Source of the DNA: an uncultured Bifidobacterium sp.
Lineage (GTDB): Bacteria; Actinomycetota; Actinomycetes; S36-B12; UBA5976
Direction of reading: 5' to 3'
Length of the DNA: 64,000 bases
NCBI GenBank assembly: GCA_964456135.1
Contig: CAYVZD010000002.1
Span: forward strand, 16,125 to 80,124
Shown here: positions 9,977 to 18,880 of the stretch, one piece after another
How positions within the stretch are numbered: the stretch's first letter is position 1
Layout of the letters: the number at the start of each line of letters is the position of its first letter
Notes under the pieces: generated by a model
Seen by the model: only the letters and a program-made list of their open reading frames with translations
Databases searched by the model: none
Told to the model about the DNA's origin: nothing
Translations under genes and position numbers: made by a program

Positions 9977-11158
9977 ATGCATCCAAAACTTCTTGGGCTA
10001 ATTGCTGCCTGGCTGGCTAGTCGTGCGTGGGTTTTGCTTTCTGGGTTTCAGATTCTTCCCTACCCAGAAGGTGCAAATCTATTTGCCGATGTTCGGTTGT
10101 ATGACTGGTGGGCTGGCAACATTCAAGATGGCCACTTCCCTATTAATGACCCAATGTGGCAATACCCGCCACTTGCCGCTTTGGTTTTTTTATTCGGCTA
10201 CTTAATTGCTCCACAAACTGTGGGTTTTGTTTTCTTGGCAACTGCAGCGGATGCGCTAATTTTCTATTTTCTGCTCGAAGCTGGACAAAGTCGGCCCGAC
10301 AAAAAATATTTGCCCGCTGCGATCTGGGTAAGTACTGCAATTTTCATGGGACCAGTAATGCTTGGTCGATTTGATGTATTTCCGACTTTATTTGCTGTCT
10401 TAGCTTTAGTTTTTATTCAAAACAACAAGTATTTTGGCGTAAATGTAGCAATTGGCGCGATTTTAAAAGTCTGGCCAATCCTGCTACTGATTGCAATCCC
10501 AAAAAGTCGATTCAAATCTGTCCTAGCGTGGTTTGCTCTTTCATTTGGTTTGCTCGCCTTAGCGCTAACAATCTGGTGGCCAAATAGTTTTTCGTTTTTA
10601 GTTGGACAGCAATCAAGAGGTTTGCAAATCGAGTCTTTCGGCGCTCTAGCTTTTATGATTTGGAATGCAATTGCTGATCCACTACTACTTGAATTTCGAT
10701 ACGGCGCAGTTGAAGTTCTGGCTGCCGGAGTCAATTTAGTTTCATTGCTGATTACTGTTGTTGGATTTGTATTTATTGGCCAGGTGATCTTCTGGCGAAT
10801 TAAAGGCAAACTCGAAAAAGTTGAACCAAGTTTGATTGCGCTGTATTTAGTCATGCTTTCAATGGTTACCAGTCGAGTATTGTCACCCCAATACATGGTT
10901 TGGCTTTTTGGCCTTCTTGCTGTTTGTGCGCTGGCAACTATTCAAAAATTTAACTTAATCTTTTGGCTCATTGCGATCAGTGCATTTGCTGGACAACTCA
11001 TTTATCCAGTTTTTTATTACTCATACATGTCTGGTGAATTATTGGCTTTACTGATTCAAATTTTAAGATTAACTACATTGTTAGCGGCAACATTTTTAGT
11101 ATGGCAAAATTTGCAAAGCCAAAAAAATGAATCTGCTGCTGATTTAGTGAGAAATTAA
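9977..11158 (+). CDS. polytopic membrane glycosyltransferase-like protein (GT87/DUF2029-like)
   Basis: 393 aa with ~10 or more TM helices. Its position matches the actinobacterial alpha-(1->2)-mannosyltransferase neighbourhood. The family assignment is by architecture and synteny only. Confidence 0.55.
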   Translation: MHPKLLGLIAAWLASRAWVLLSGFQILPYPEGANLFADVRLYDWWAGNIQDGHFPINDPMWQYPPLAALVFLFGYLIAPQTVGFVFLATAADALIFYFLLEAGQSRPDKKYLPAAIWVSTAIFMGPVMLGRFDVFPTLFAVLALVFIQNNKYFGVNVAIGAILKVWPILLLIAIPKSRFKSVLAWFALSFGLLALALTIWWPNSFSFLVGQQSRGLQIESFGALAFMIWNAIADPLLLEFRYGAVEVLAAGVNLVSLLITVVGFVFIGQVIFWRIKGKLEKVEPSLIALYLVMLSMVTSRVLSPQYMVWLFGLLAVCALATIQKFNLIFWLIAISAFAGQLIYPVFYYSYMSGELLALLIQILRLTTLLAATFLVWQNLQSQKNESAADLVRN

Positions 11159-12277
11159 GGCGTTTAGTTTTGCAAACGTGTTTTCCCAAGTCCAATTAGT
11201 TTGAACCCAGTTTCGTCCAAATTGACCCATCTGATCGCGTAATTGTGCATCGGCTAGTAACTGCACAATGCGATTAACTAGCTCGTCTTGGTTCGTGCCT
11301 GAAACAACATATCCAGATTGGTCCGACTCCACAGCCTCAGGAGCGCCACCTGAATCTCCAGCAATAACCGGTAGTCCAGTCGCAGATGCTTCTAAGTAAA
11401 CAATGCCAAGACCTTCGACATCCCACCCGGCACTTCGAGTTCTACAAGGCATCGCAAAAATATCTCCGACGGCATACCATTTTGGTAAATCTGCAAATGG
11501 TACTTTTCCTGTGAAGTGCACGTCTTGTTCAAGAGATAACTGACCAACTAATTTTTCTAATTTATTTCTATAGGGTCCCTCGCCCACAATTACTAAAGCC
11601 GCACCTGGAATCTGCTCTTGGACTTTGGGCAAAGTTTTAATTAGTTGATCATGACCTTTTCGAGCCATCAATCTAGAGACACTTACGATAACTGGGCGAT
11701 CAGCAAAGCCAATTTGAGTTCTAAGTTCATTTCCTTGATCTCTATTTGAAGTACTGAACTGTTGGCTATCTACTGCAGGCAAGAGCTGGTGCATCTTTGC
11801 TGCCGCAGATTTGGGTAAACCTTTTAAGATTTGATTTTTGGTGTATTCGGTTAAATAAGTAAGCACATCAACTTCATTCGAAATTTTGCGAAGAAGTTGT
11901 TTGGTTACTGGAGTTTTAGCCCAGCCAACTTCATGGCCATGCGTGAATGCAACTATTTTCTTTATCCCTAATTTTCGTAAAGGTCCGGCTAGTAAGCCAA
12001 GCGGTGCTGAGGCGCCAAAAATAACTTGTTCAATTTGATTTCGCTCAATGATCTCTTTAGCTAAAGCAAAAGTTTTTTTAGTCGGCAATAGCATCTGAGT
12101 TTTGGCGCGAACCACTTCAAAATCATGCAATGCATCAAACTGTGCATCGCCAGCCCAACTTGAAGTTAGAACCGATACTTGGGACGGCTCAAACCTCCGG
12201 ACTATTTCATAAACAAAAGTCTGGATTCCGCCAGGTCTGGGCGGAAAATCATTTGTAATGAATAGTGTCTTAGTCAC
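11144..12277 (-). CDS. GT4-family glycosyltransferase (PimB-like mannosyltransferase)
   Basis: 377 aa. The N-terminus LFITNDFPPRPGGIQTF and the C-terminal GLPVIAGDSGGAPEAV (EX7E region) are present. It starts with GTG and lies 3 nt after the small Cys-rich ORF. Confidence 0.8.
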   Translation of the reverse strand: MTKTLFITNDFPPRPGGIQTFVYEIVRRFEPSQVSVLTSSWAGDAQFDALHDFEVVRAKTQMLLPTKKTFALAKEIIERNQIEQVIFGASAPLGLLAGPLRKLGIKKIVAFTHGHEVGWAKTPVTKQLLRKISNEVDVLTYLTEYTKNQILKGLPKSAAAKMHQLLPAVDSQQFSTSNRDQGNELRTQIGFADRPVIVSVSRLMARKGHDQLIKTLPKVQEQIPGAALVIVGEGPYRNKLEKLVGQLSLEQDVHFTGKVPFADLPKWYAVGDIFAMPCRTRSAGWDVEGLGIVYLEASATGLPVIAGDSGGAPEAVESDQSGYVVSGTNQDELVNRIVQLLADAQLRDQMGQFGRNWVQTNWTWENTFAKLNALISH

Positions 12278-12280
12278 GTG

Positions 12281-12490
12281 TCATAGGTTACTGGCAGCCG
12301 CAGGTGCTTGCGGATTTTCACCAGCGCCTTTGATTAACCTAAGTGGCGCAACAATTCCGGCCTTGGCCAGAACAGTTAGTGCATCTTTGTGGTCATCAAT
12401 TGAGTCAGGTACGGGACCGAGCAGCATGGTGACTACGCAGTCACTGCAGGCGATGTCTTTCATTACGCAACTATTGCAATCAATCAACAT
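12281..12490 (-). CDS. small Cys-rich hypothetical protein (CxxC-x6-CxxC)
   Basis: 69-aa ORF with N-terminal DCNSCVMKDIACSDC. It ends 3 nt before the GT4 gene start, so it is probably co-transcribed. No family was recognised. Confidence 0.5.
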   Translation of the reverse strand: MLIDCNSCVMKDIACSDCVVTMLLGPVPDSIDDHKDALTVLAKAGIVAPLRLIKGAGENPQAPAAASNL

Positions 12491-12506
12491 AGTGTTCAGG
12501 TTAGAT

Positions 12507-12590
12507 GTGAGAACTGACAGGTTTTTTAAACTGTCAGGGTGAGAACTGACAGGTTTTTTAAACTGTCAGGGTGAGAACTGACAGGTTTTT
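12507..12590. repeat. tandem repeat, 32-bp unit x 2.6, each unit containing the palindrome CTGACAG-N10-CTGTCAG
   Basis: The unit GTGAGAACTGACAGGTTTTTTAAACTGTCAGG is identical at 12507-12538 and 12539-12570. A third copy matches for 20 nt (12571-12590). Confidence 0.95.
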
Positions 12591-12601
12591 ATCCCAAGAA
12601 A

Positions 12602-13687
12602 TTAGGCTTTTAGGGCAAACCGTTGGCTAACCGAAATCCAGACATCGAGCACTGAACCAGCAGCGCCACTTGATAAGGCGCCAAACGCCACAGGGAGTGA
12701 GCGATTAATTCGAGCCGTTAGAGATTCGCTGGGATTACCGTATTGGAATTTACCAACTGCGCTGTCGTAGGCAACAAGTGCTGCAGCAGCATTGAGTGCA
12801 ACTACGTCTCGAATTGCACCAAGATTTCCATCACTGCGACCAGCAAAAATTGCTCGAGCTACTTGGGCGTTGTACTTGGCATCGGCTCCACGCAGTTGCT
12901 CAATTGACGAAGTGTTTAAGCCAAATGAACTTGGCACCAAAACTTCTTCACGAATGGTTCCACTTGTCACATCCCAAGCACGTGTAGGCCCAGTCGTAGT
13001 GATTTCATCAAAACCATCTTCACTTCGAACCAAGATTGAAGATTTACCGCGTTGTAGTTGAACTTGGGCTAGCGTTGGCGCAAGTCTGGCATCAGCAACT
13101 CCAATCAAAGCGGCTTGTGGTTGTCCTGGATTAGCTAATGGTCCAAGGACATTAAAAACTGTCGGAACGCCAAGTTCTTTTCGAACATTTGCTGCGTATC
13201 GCATTGCCGGATGATGTGCTGGTGCTAAACAAAATCCAATACCAGCTTCTGCCACCGAAGATGAAACTAAAATCGGCGGCATATTTATGGCTACGCCGAG
13301 TGCTTCGAGAACATCTGCAGTTCCTGATTTCGAGGAAACTGCTCGATTGCCATGCTTTAAAACTGGAACTCCACAGCCAGCAACTGTGATTGCTGCCATT
13401 GTTGAAATGTTTACTGAATGCGAACCATCGCCGCCAGTACCAACTACATCAACCGCAAAACGATCAAGGCTTACTTGAATTGCGTACTTCATCATGGTTT
13501 CAACTAAGCCAGTTATTTCAGTGGCAGTCTCACCTTTAACTCGCAAGCCCATAGCAAAAGCTGAAATCTGCGAATCTGTAGCGTTGCCAGACATCAAATC
13601 TTCCATCGCCCAAGCAGCCTGGTCGTGAGAAAGATCTTGACCGCGCGAAAGAATGCCGAGAATGTCTTTCCAAGTTAAATCGATCAA
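12602..13687 (-). CDS. trpD: anthranilate phosphoribosyltransferase
   Basis: 361 aa with motifs VDVVGTGGDGSHSVNIST, KHGNRAVSSKSGTADVLEALG and NVLGPLANP. Confidence 0.92.
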   Translation of the reverse strand: MIDLTWKDILGILSRGQDLSHDQAAWAMEDLMSGNATDSQISAFAMGLRVKGETATEITGLVETMMKYAIQVSLDRFAVDVVGTGGDGSHSVNISTMAAITVAGCGVPVLKHGNRAVSSKSGTADVLEALGVAINMPPILVSSSVAEAGIGFCLAPAHHPAMRYAANVRKELGVPTVFNVLGPLANPGQPQAALIGVADARLAPTLAQVQLQRGKSSILVRSEDGFDEITTTGPTRAWDVTSGTIREEVLVPSSFGLNTSSIEQLRGADAKYNAQVARAIFAGRSDGNLGAIRDVVALNAAAALVAYDSAVGKFQYGNPSESLTARINRSLPVAFGALSSGAAGSVLDVWISVSQRFALKA

Positions 13688-13711
13688 ACTATGCCCTTTG
13701 CTGGGTAACCG

Positions 13712-14137
13712 CTAATTAGCGATTGCAGTTTTCGGTGAACTACTCGAAGGTCTGATTAAACCAATCACTGCATTTACTAATGCGCGTGGGTCAATTGGGT
13801 GAGCCACAATTGCATCTGCCCGCGACCAGGTAGCCAGCCAACGATCATCAGCCCGAGCTACCAAAACCAGTATTGGTGGACAATTAAAAATTTCATCCTT
13901 GAGTTGGCGACAAACACCAAGACCACCGGCAGGTGCAGCTTCACCGTCAAGAATGACGAGATCGAATTGCCTAGTGTCCATTACCTTGATCAACGCTGGT
14001 TCAGTGGCAACGTCATAAATCTCGACATCACTGATGTCTTCTGCTGGACGCTTACCTATCGAGGTCTTCACGGTGGTGCGCACTTTCGCGTTATCGCTAT
14101 AGACCAAAACCCTGAGTGTTTTACCTGGTTGACTCAC
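13712..14137 (-). CDS. stand-alone receiver-domain-like protein (atypical)
   Basis: 141 aa with a CheY-like pattern: RVLVYSDN (beta1), FDLVILDGEA (putative phospho-acceptor Asp), PILVLVARAD, AIVAHPIDP. By-eye alignment suggests the conserved Thr/Ser and Lys positions are not conserved. There is no output domain. Confidence 0.55.
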   Translation of the reverse strand: MSQPGKTLRVLVYSDNAKVRTTVKTSIGKRPAEDISDVEIYDVATEPALIKVMDTRQFDLVILDGEAAPAGGLGVCRQLKDEIFNCPPILVLVARADDRWLATWSRADAIVAHPIDPRALVNAVIGLIRPSSSSPKTAIAN

Positions 14138-14255
14138 GCAATAAGCGTATCTGACCGCTGTCGGCTACGAAATTTCTGCCTGGTATGGGGCTTGAATCCA
14201 GACCCATTCGGCCAAGAATTTGGGTTAAAAATTTGAACAAAATTAGCCAACTTTT

Positions 14256-14924
14256 GTGAGGTACGAGACATCGCCAATTGCGGTCCCTGCTCAGAAAGGC
14301 CTTAAATCTTCAAGTAAACTCGGGTTTGTGAGTACAAGTTCAGCCGTCAGAGTCCCATCCTCCGCAGAGCGTCCGAACATGGTTTCGGTCGGCACAATTG
14401 TCTGGCTTTCCAGTGAATTGATGTTTTTCTCTGCGCTATTCGCGATGTATTTCACATTGCGGGCAGTGAATTTAGAACTTTGGGCTGAAGAAGTCGAAAA
14501 ATTAAACCTCCCGCTTTCAGCATTTAACACAACGGTTTTGGTTCTATCTTCAGTTACTTGTCAGCTCGGTGTTTTCGCTGCGGAACGCGGTGACGTAGCC
14601 AAATTACGCAAGTGGTTCGTGATCACATTATTAATGGGCACTTACTTCGTAGCTGGTCAGATCTATGAATACATCGAACTCGTTCACGAAGGTCTAACGC
14701 TTTCATCTTCGGCTTACGGTTCGGCTTTCTACTTGACCACTGGATTCCACGGCTTGCACGTGACCGGCGGCTTAATCGCATTTATTTTCGTGTTACTTCG
14801 TACGTACGCAACAAAACATTTCACGCATGGACAAGCCACATCAGCGATTGTCGTTTCTTACTACTGGCACTTCGTTGATGTTGTGTGGATTGGTTTGTTC
14901 GCGGTTATTTACCTAATTCAATAA
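14256..14924 (+). CDS. ctaE: cytochrome c oxidase subunit III
   Basis: The stretch [20 protein letters not shown]...[16 protein letters not shown]...[13 protein letters not shown] closely resembles actinobacterial CtaE. The start is uncertain: the GTG at 14256 is from the ORF track and a downstream start is possible. Confidence 0.9.
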   Translation: MRYETSPIAVPAQKGLKSSSKLGFVSTSSAVRVPSSAERPNMVSVGTIVWLSSELMFFSALFAMYFTLRAVNLELWAEEVEKLNLPLSAFNTTVLVLSSVTCQLGVFAAERGDVAKLRKWFVITLLMGTYFVAGQIYEYIELVHEGLTLSSSAYGSAFYLTTGFHGLHVTGGLIAFIFVLLRTYATKHFTHGQATSAIVVSYYWHFVDVVWIGLFAVIYLIQ

Positions 14925-14963
14925 AACCGAAAAGTTTAGACAAAAGCAGACGAGGAAAAGCTA

Positions 14964-15740
14964 GTGGCGATAAATCGTAGACATCCAGCAGTAATGGCAA
15001 CTGTGCTCGGTGTTGCTCTCGGAACGATGGGTGTGGCTTACGCAGCCGTTGATTCGAGCACCAAACCAAAGACGATTACTGTTTCGCAAACACAGGTTGA
15101 AGAAGGAAAAGCACTTTATTTAGAGGGTTGTTCTTCTTGCCATGGTTTAGCTGCGCAAGGTACTAGCGATGGTCCCTCATTAATCGGTGTTGGCGCAGCA
15201 TCAGTTGATTTTCAGGTGAGCACAGGCCGGATGCCAATGGCTGCGCCTGGTGTACAAGCTCCGGTTAAAAAAGTTGTCTATAACGAAACCGAAATTGCTG
15301 CACTTGCTGCATACATAGCAACACTTGGTCCAGGACCTGCTATCCCAACTGCAGAAATGTTAGATACTTCAGATGCCGAAATTGCTCTGGGTGGCGAATT
15401 GTTTAGAACTAACTGTGCCCAGTGCCATAGTGCTTCAGGCCGTGGTGGTGCTCTCTCCAATGGTCGAGTTGCACCAACTTTGATGAATTCTGATGCAAAA
15501 GAAATTTACGAAGCAATGGTTTCTGGCCCACAAGCTATGCCGGTTTTCTCTGATACGACATTGCCTCTTGAAGATAAGCAAGCCATCATCGCTTACATTC
15601 AAGAATTACAAAAAAATGAAAACCCAGGCGGTGGGTCACTTGGTCGTCTAGGTCCTGTAACTGAAGGTCTATTTGTCTGGGTAGCCGGACTTAGCGCACT
15701 TCTTGCTGTTGCCGTTTGGATCGGAGCAAAAGCTAAATGA
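14964..15740 (+). CDS. qcrC: cytochrome bc1 complex diheme cytochrome c subunit
   Basis: 258 aa with two CxxCH haem motifs (CSSCHG, CAQCHS) and a C-terminal TM anchor. A 4-nt ATGA overlap links it to qcrA. Confidence 0.9.
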   Translation: MAINRRHPAVMATVLGVALGTMGVAYAAVDSSTKPKTITVSQTQVEEGKALYLEGCSSCHGLAAQGTSDGPSLIGVGAASVDFQVSTGRMPMAAPGVQAPVKKVVYNETEIAALAAYIATLGPGPAIPTAEMLDTSDAEIALGGELFRTNCAQCHSASGRGGALSNGRVAPTLMNSDAKEIYEAMVSGPQAMPVFSDTTLPLEDKQAIIAYIQELQKNENPGGGSLGRLGPVTEGLFVWVAGLSALLAVAVWIGAKAK

Positions 15741-16777
15741 GTCACGATAACAACGGGCTTGAACCGTACGGCGCTAAAGATGGTGTGGATGTAGTTAGTG
15801 GTGTTCCAGTTTTCCCAATGGGTGAGCATCAATTACGACGTGCTGACATAGATCCAAAAGCTGCTAAGCGTGCTGAGATTCAGGTTGCCACCATGTTTGG
15901 TTTGGCAGCAGTTTCGATTTTGAGTTCAATCGTTGCTTACATTGCAATCCCGAATCAATCCAGAATAAATCTGCCAATTATTGGACTAGTTAATGGCAAC
16001 CATGTTGGCGTTGGATTCTTTTTTGGTCTTGGCACATTCTTAATCGGTGCTGGTGCAATTCATTGGGCTAAGAAATTAATGCCAGATGACGAAATTGTGC
16101 AAGAGCGCCACCCGTTAACTTCAAGTGCGGCTGACCGTGCTGAAGTTGTTGAAATTTATAAGCGTGGTGCTGCTGAATCTGGAATTGGTCAGCGCAAAAT
16201 AATCCGCCGTACTCTGCTCGGTGCGCTTAGCGTTTTTCCGCTTCCATTCATTGTTTTCTTGCGCGACTTAGGTCCCCTACCCGGCACCAAATTGCGCGAA
16301 ACAATTTGGGCTAAAGACATTCACGTCGTGACCGATCCGACTTACCGAAAAATTAAAGCTGAAGATATCCCGGTTGGCACACTGATCAATGCAGTTCCAG
16401 AAAACCTCAAAGAAATCGAGCATGAAGAAGGCACATTAAACCAACGCGGTAAAGCTTCGATCATCCTGGTCCGGATGGATCCAGCCGACATAGTCTCGCA
16501 ACAGGGCGAGGGTTGGGATTACCAAGGCATTCTGGCGTTCTCAAAGATTTGCACTCACGTGGGCTGTCCGACTTCGCTATACCAACAGCGCACCCATCAC
16601 CTGCTTTGCCCATGTCACCAGTCAACTTTTGACCTGTCTGACTCTGGCAATGTGGTCTTTGGTCCGGCCGCCAGGCGGATGCCGCAACTTCCTATTACTG
16701 TAGACAGCGAAGGCTATTTGGTCGCCAAGTCCGGTTTCCAAGAGCCAGTGGGACCTAGCTTCTGGGAGCGTGGATGA
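15737..16777 (+). CDS. qcrA: cytochrome bc1 complex Rieske iron-sulfur subunit
   Basis: 346 aa with Rieske motifs CTHVGCP and CPCHQSTF. A 4-nt overlap links it to qcrB. Confidence 0.9.
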   Translation: MSHDNNGLEPYGAKDGVDVVSGVPVFPMGEHQLRRADIDPKAAKRAEIQVATMFGLAAVSILSSIVAYIAIPNQSRINLPIIGLVNGNHVGVGFFFGLGTFLIGAGAIHWAKKLMPDDEIVQERHPLTSSAADRAEVVEIYKRGAAESGIGQRKIIRRTLLGALSVFPLPFIVFLRDLGPLPGTKLRETIWAKDIHVVTDPTYRKIKAEDIPVGTLINAVPENLKEIEHEEGTLNQRGKASIILVRMDPADIVSQQGEGWDYQGILAFSKICTHVGCPTSLYQQRTHHLLCPCHQSTFDLSDSGNVVFGPAARRMPQLPITVDSEGYLVAKSGFQEPVGPSFWERG

Positions 16778-18447
16778 GCACGACGAAACCAAACTCGGCA
16801 ATTGATGCATCGGGTAAATCGGTAGTTGGTGGCGTTGCTGGTTACGTTGATGACCGTTTAGCTTCGGCTAACTTCACCAAGCGCATCCTTAATAAAGTTT
16901 TCCCTGATCACTGGTCATTTATGCTCGGTGAAATTGCACTTTATAGTTTTATCATTCTGCTTCTTTCGGGAACTTACTTAACTCTTTGGTTTAAGCCGTC
17001 CATGATCGAAGTTGTTTACAACGGTTCATACGTTCCATTAAAAGGTGTAAAGATGTCTGAAGCGTTCGCTTCGACTCTTGAAATTTCATTCGATGTTCGT
17101 GGCGGCTTATTGATGCGTCAGATCCACCACTGGGCTGCACTGTTTTTCATTGCAGCTATGTCAGTGCACGTAATGCGCATTTTCTTTACTGGTGCATTCC
17201 GTAAGCCACGCGAAATTAACTGGGTGATTGGAACTTTCCTTTTAGTTCTTGGAATCTTGGAAGGTTTCGCAGGTTACTCACTTCCAGATGACTTACTTTC
17301 TGGAACTGGTTTACGAATTGCTGAAGGTATTATTCAGGCAGTACCACTTGTTGGTTCTTACTTAGCCATGTTTATTTTCGGTGGCGAATTTCCGGGAACT
17401 GACTGGGTTGCCAGGTTATATGCAATTCATATTTTGATCGTGCCAGGTATTTTGTTGGCATTGGTGACCGTTCACTTAATCATGGTGTTCTACCAAAAGC
17501 ACACCCAATTCCCCGGACAAGGTCGTACCGAAAGTAACGTAGTTGGTTACCGCTTGTATCCGATCTACATTGCTAAAGCTGGTGGCTTCTTCTTCATCGT
17601 GTTTGGTGTGATTACCTTAATTTCAGCACTGGTCACGATTAACCCAGTATGGCTATACGGGCCATACACACCTTCGCAAGTAACTGCAGGTTCTCAGCCA
17701 GACTGGTACATCGGTTGGCTGGACGGTGCAGTTCGAATTATGCCTAACTGGGAAACAAACATTCTGGGCTACACATTTAGTTGGAACTTAATCGTGCCGG
17801 CTCTTGTGATTCCAGGAATTATGTTCACTGCCCTTGGTCTATATCCATGGATCGAAGCTTGGGCCACTGGCGATAAGCGTGAACACCACTTACTAGATCG
17901 TCCACGTAATGCACCAACGCGTACCGGTCTTGGCGTGATGGCAATTAGTTTCTACTTGATGCTCTGGATTTCAGGCGGAAATGACGTAATTGCTACCGCA
18001 TTCGATTTATCGATTAACGCAATTACTTGGACATTCCGAATTGGTATCTTCGTAGTTCCAGTTATTGCGTTCAAAGTAACCAAGCGAATTTGCCTTGGGT
18101 TACAACGTCGGGATCGCGAGAAGCTTCTCCATGGTTACGAAACAGGTCAAATCCTTCGTTTGCCACATGGTGAGTTTATTGAAATTCACAAGCCAGTATC
18201 AGATGCAGAAAAAGCGGTACTTCTTGCTAAGCAGGATTACAAGCCACTGCAACTAGATGCAGCGGTTGATGCAAATGGTGTTCGCAATCCAAAAGGTCGC
18301 AAAGCACGTCTACAAGCACGTATCTCTAAGTGGTACTACGACGAGAATATTGCACGGCCAACTGCTGCTGAACTAGAAGCTGCAGCGCACCATGCAGAAC
18401 ATGAATTAGCGCAAGCTCAAGGTCAAGTTAAAGAGCTCTCGCACTAG
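16774..18447 (+). CDS. qcrB: cytochrome bc1 complex cytochrome b subunit
   Basis: 557 aa, polytopic, with cytochrome b His ligand context (RQIHHWAA, YAIHILIVPG). It is the last gene of ctaE-qcrCAB and is followed by a terminator. Confidence 0.9.
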   Translation: MSTTKPNSAIDASGKSVVGGVAGYVDDRLASANFTKRILNKVFPDHWSFMLGEIALYSFIILLLSGTYLTLWFKPSMIEVVYNGSYVPLKGVKMSEAFASTLEISFDVRGGLLMRQIHHWAALFFIAAMSVHVMRIFFTGAFRKPREINWVIGTFLLVLGILEGFAGYSLPDDLLSGTGLRIAEGIIQAVPLVGSYLAMFIFGGEFPGTDWVARLYAIHILIVPGILLALVTVHLIMVFYQKHTQFPGQGRTESNVVGYRLYPIYIAKAGGFFFIVFGVITLISALVTINPVWLYGPYTPSQVTAGSQPDWYIGWLDGAVRIMPNWETNILGYTFSWNLIVPALVIPGIMFTALGLYPWIEAWATGDKREHHLLDRPRNAPTRTGLGVMAISFYLMLWISGGNDVIATAFDLSINAITWTFRIGIFVVPVIAFKVTKRICLGLQRRDREKLLHGYETGQILRLPHGEFIEIHKPVSDAEKAVLLAKQDYKPLQLDAAVDANGVRNPKGRKARLQARISKWYYDENIARPTAAELEAAAHHAEHELAQAQGQVKELSH

Positions 18448-18456
18448 CCAATTTCT

Positions 18457-18490
18457 AAAAAGCCCCAGTTTAAAAACTGGGGCTTTTTAT
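18457..18490 (+). terminator. rho-independent terminator after qcrB
   Basis: AGCCCCAGTT (18461-18470) pairs perfectly with AACTGGGGCT (18475-18484) around a 4-nt loop, followed by a T5 run. Confidence 0.85.
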
Positions 18491-18501
18491 TTATCCCAAC
18501 A

Positions 18502-18507
18502 TATAAT
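18502..18507 (+). promoter_or_regulatory. candidate -10 hexamer (TATAAT) for a leaderless transcript of the 121-aa membrane protein gene
   Basis: A perfect TATAAT lies at 18502-18507, with 7 nt between the hexamer and the ATG at 18515. No Shine-Dalgarno sequence fits in between. This spacing is typical of actinobacterial leaderless mRNAs. Confidence 0.4.
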
Positions 18508-18514
18508 TGAGGCC

Positions 18515-18880
18515 ATGACTAAAGGCTTAAAGATATCTACTTACTTTGCCCTAAGTTGGGGAATCCTGCTGAATTTAGCCGTGGTTGCAAATCTTGAAAT
18601 TGCGCTACCCCTTGCAGCAGGCGGGCAATTTGAAAGTTTTCCAACTGCGATTCGGGTGGTCTATTTATTCCAAACTTTTTGGCTGCTATTTCAGTTTAAA
18701 ATTTTTCATCGTCTTTTAAATGGGCAAGAACTCAAATCAAAGTGGCTAATAAACATTTTTATCGGACTTGGATTTATCGGTTTTTGGCTCAACTTACTAT
18801 CGCCAAGTAACCCTGAGAAGATTAATTCGATCGCACTCGCAATTGTGACTTACAGTTTCTGGACTTTAAGAAAAAACTAA
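18515..18880 (+). CDS. small integral membrane protein, unknown function
   Basis: 121 aa with ~4 TM helices. No family was recognised. Confidence 0.5.
   Translation: MTKGLKISTYFALSWGILLNLAVVANLEIALPLAAGGQFESFPTAIRVVYLFQTFWLLFQFKIFHRLLNGQELKSKWLINIFIGLGFIGFWLNLLSPSNPEKINSIALAIVTYSFWTLRKN

Noticed and set aside
10417-10896. 159-aa antisense ORF inside the GT87-like membrane protein gene. Similar long antisense ORFs lie at 13799-14236, 26501-26839, 27474-27956, 32136-32501, 35832-36245, 37036-37476, 42976-43437, 55833-56219, 57646-58095 and 60100-60489.
   Set aside because: Each lies wholly inside a longer ORF on the opposite strand that has clear family motifs. Their sequences are low-complexity (Ser/Pro/Ala/Arg-rich) with no recognisable domains. 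They are shadow ORFs.
12258-12542. 94-aa plus-strand ORF running into the tandem repeat
   Set aside because: It lies antisense to the GT4 start and to the whole Cys-rich ORF, has no RBS and has low-complexity content. It is most likely a shadow ORF.
12507-12590. Possible CRISPR array, because of the ~32-bp palindromic repeat
   Set aside because: The repeat units abut directly with no spacers. There are only 2.6 copies and no cas genes in the window. It is a simple tandem repeat.
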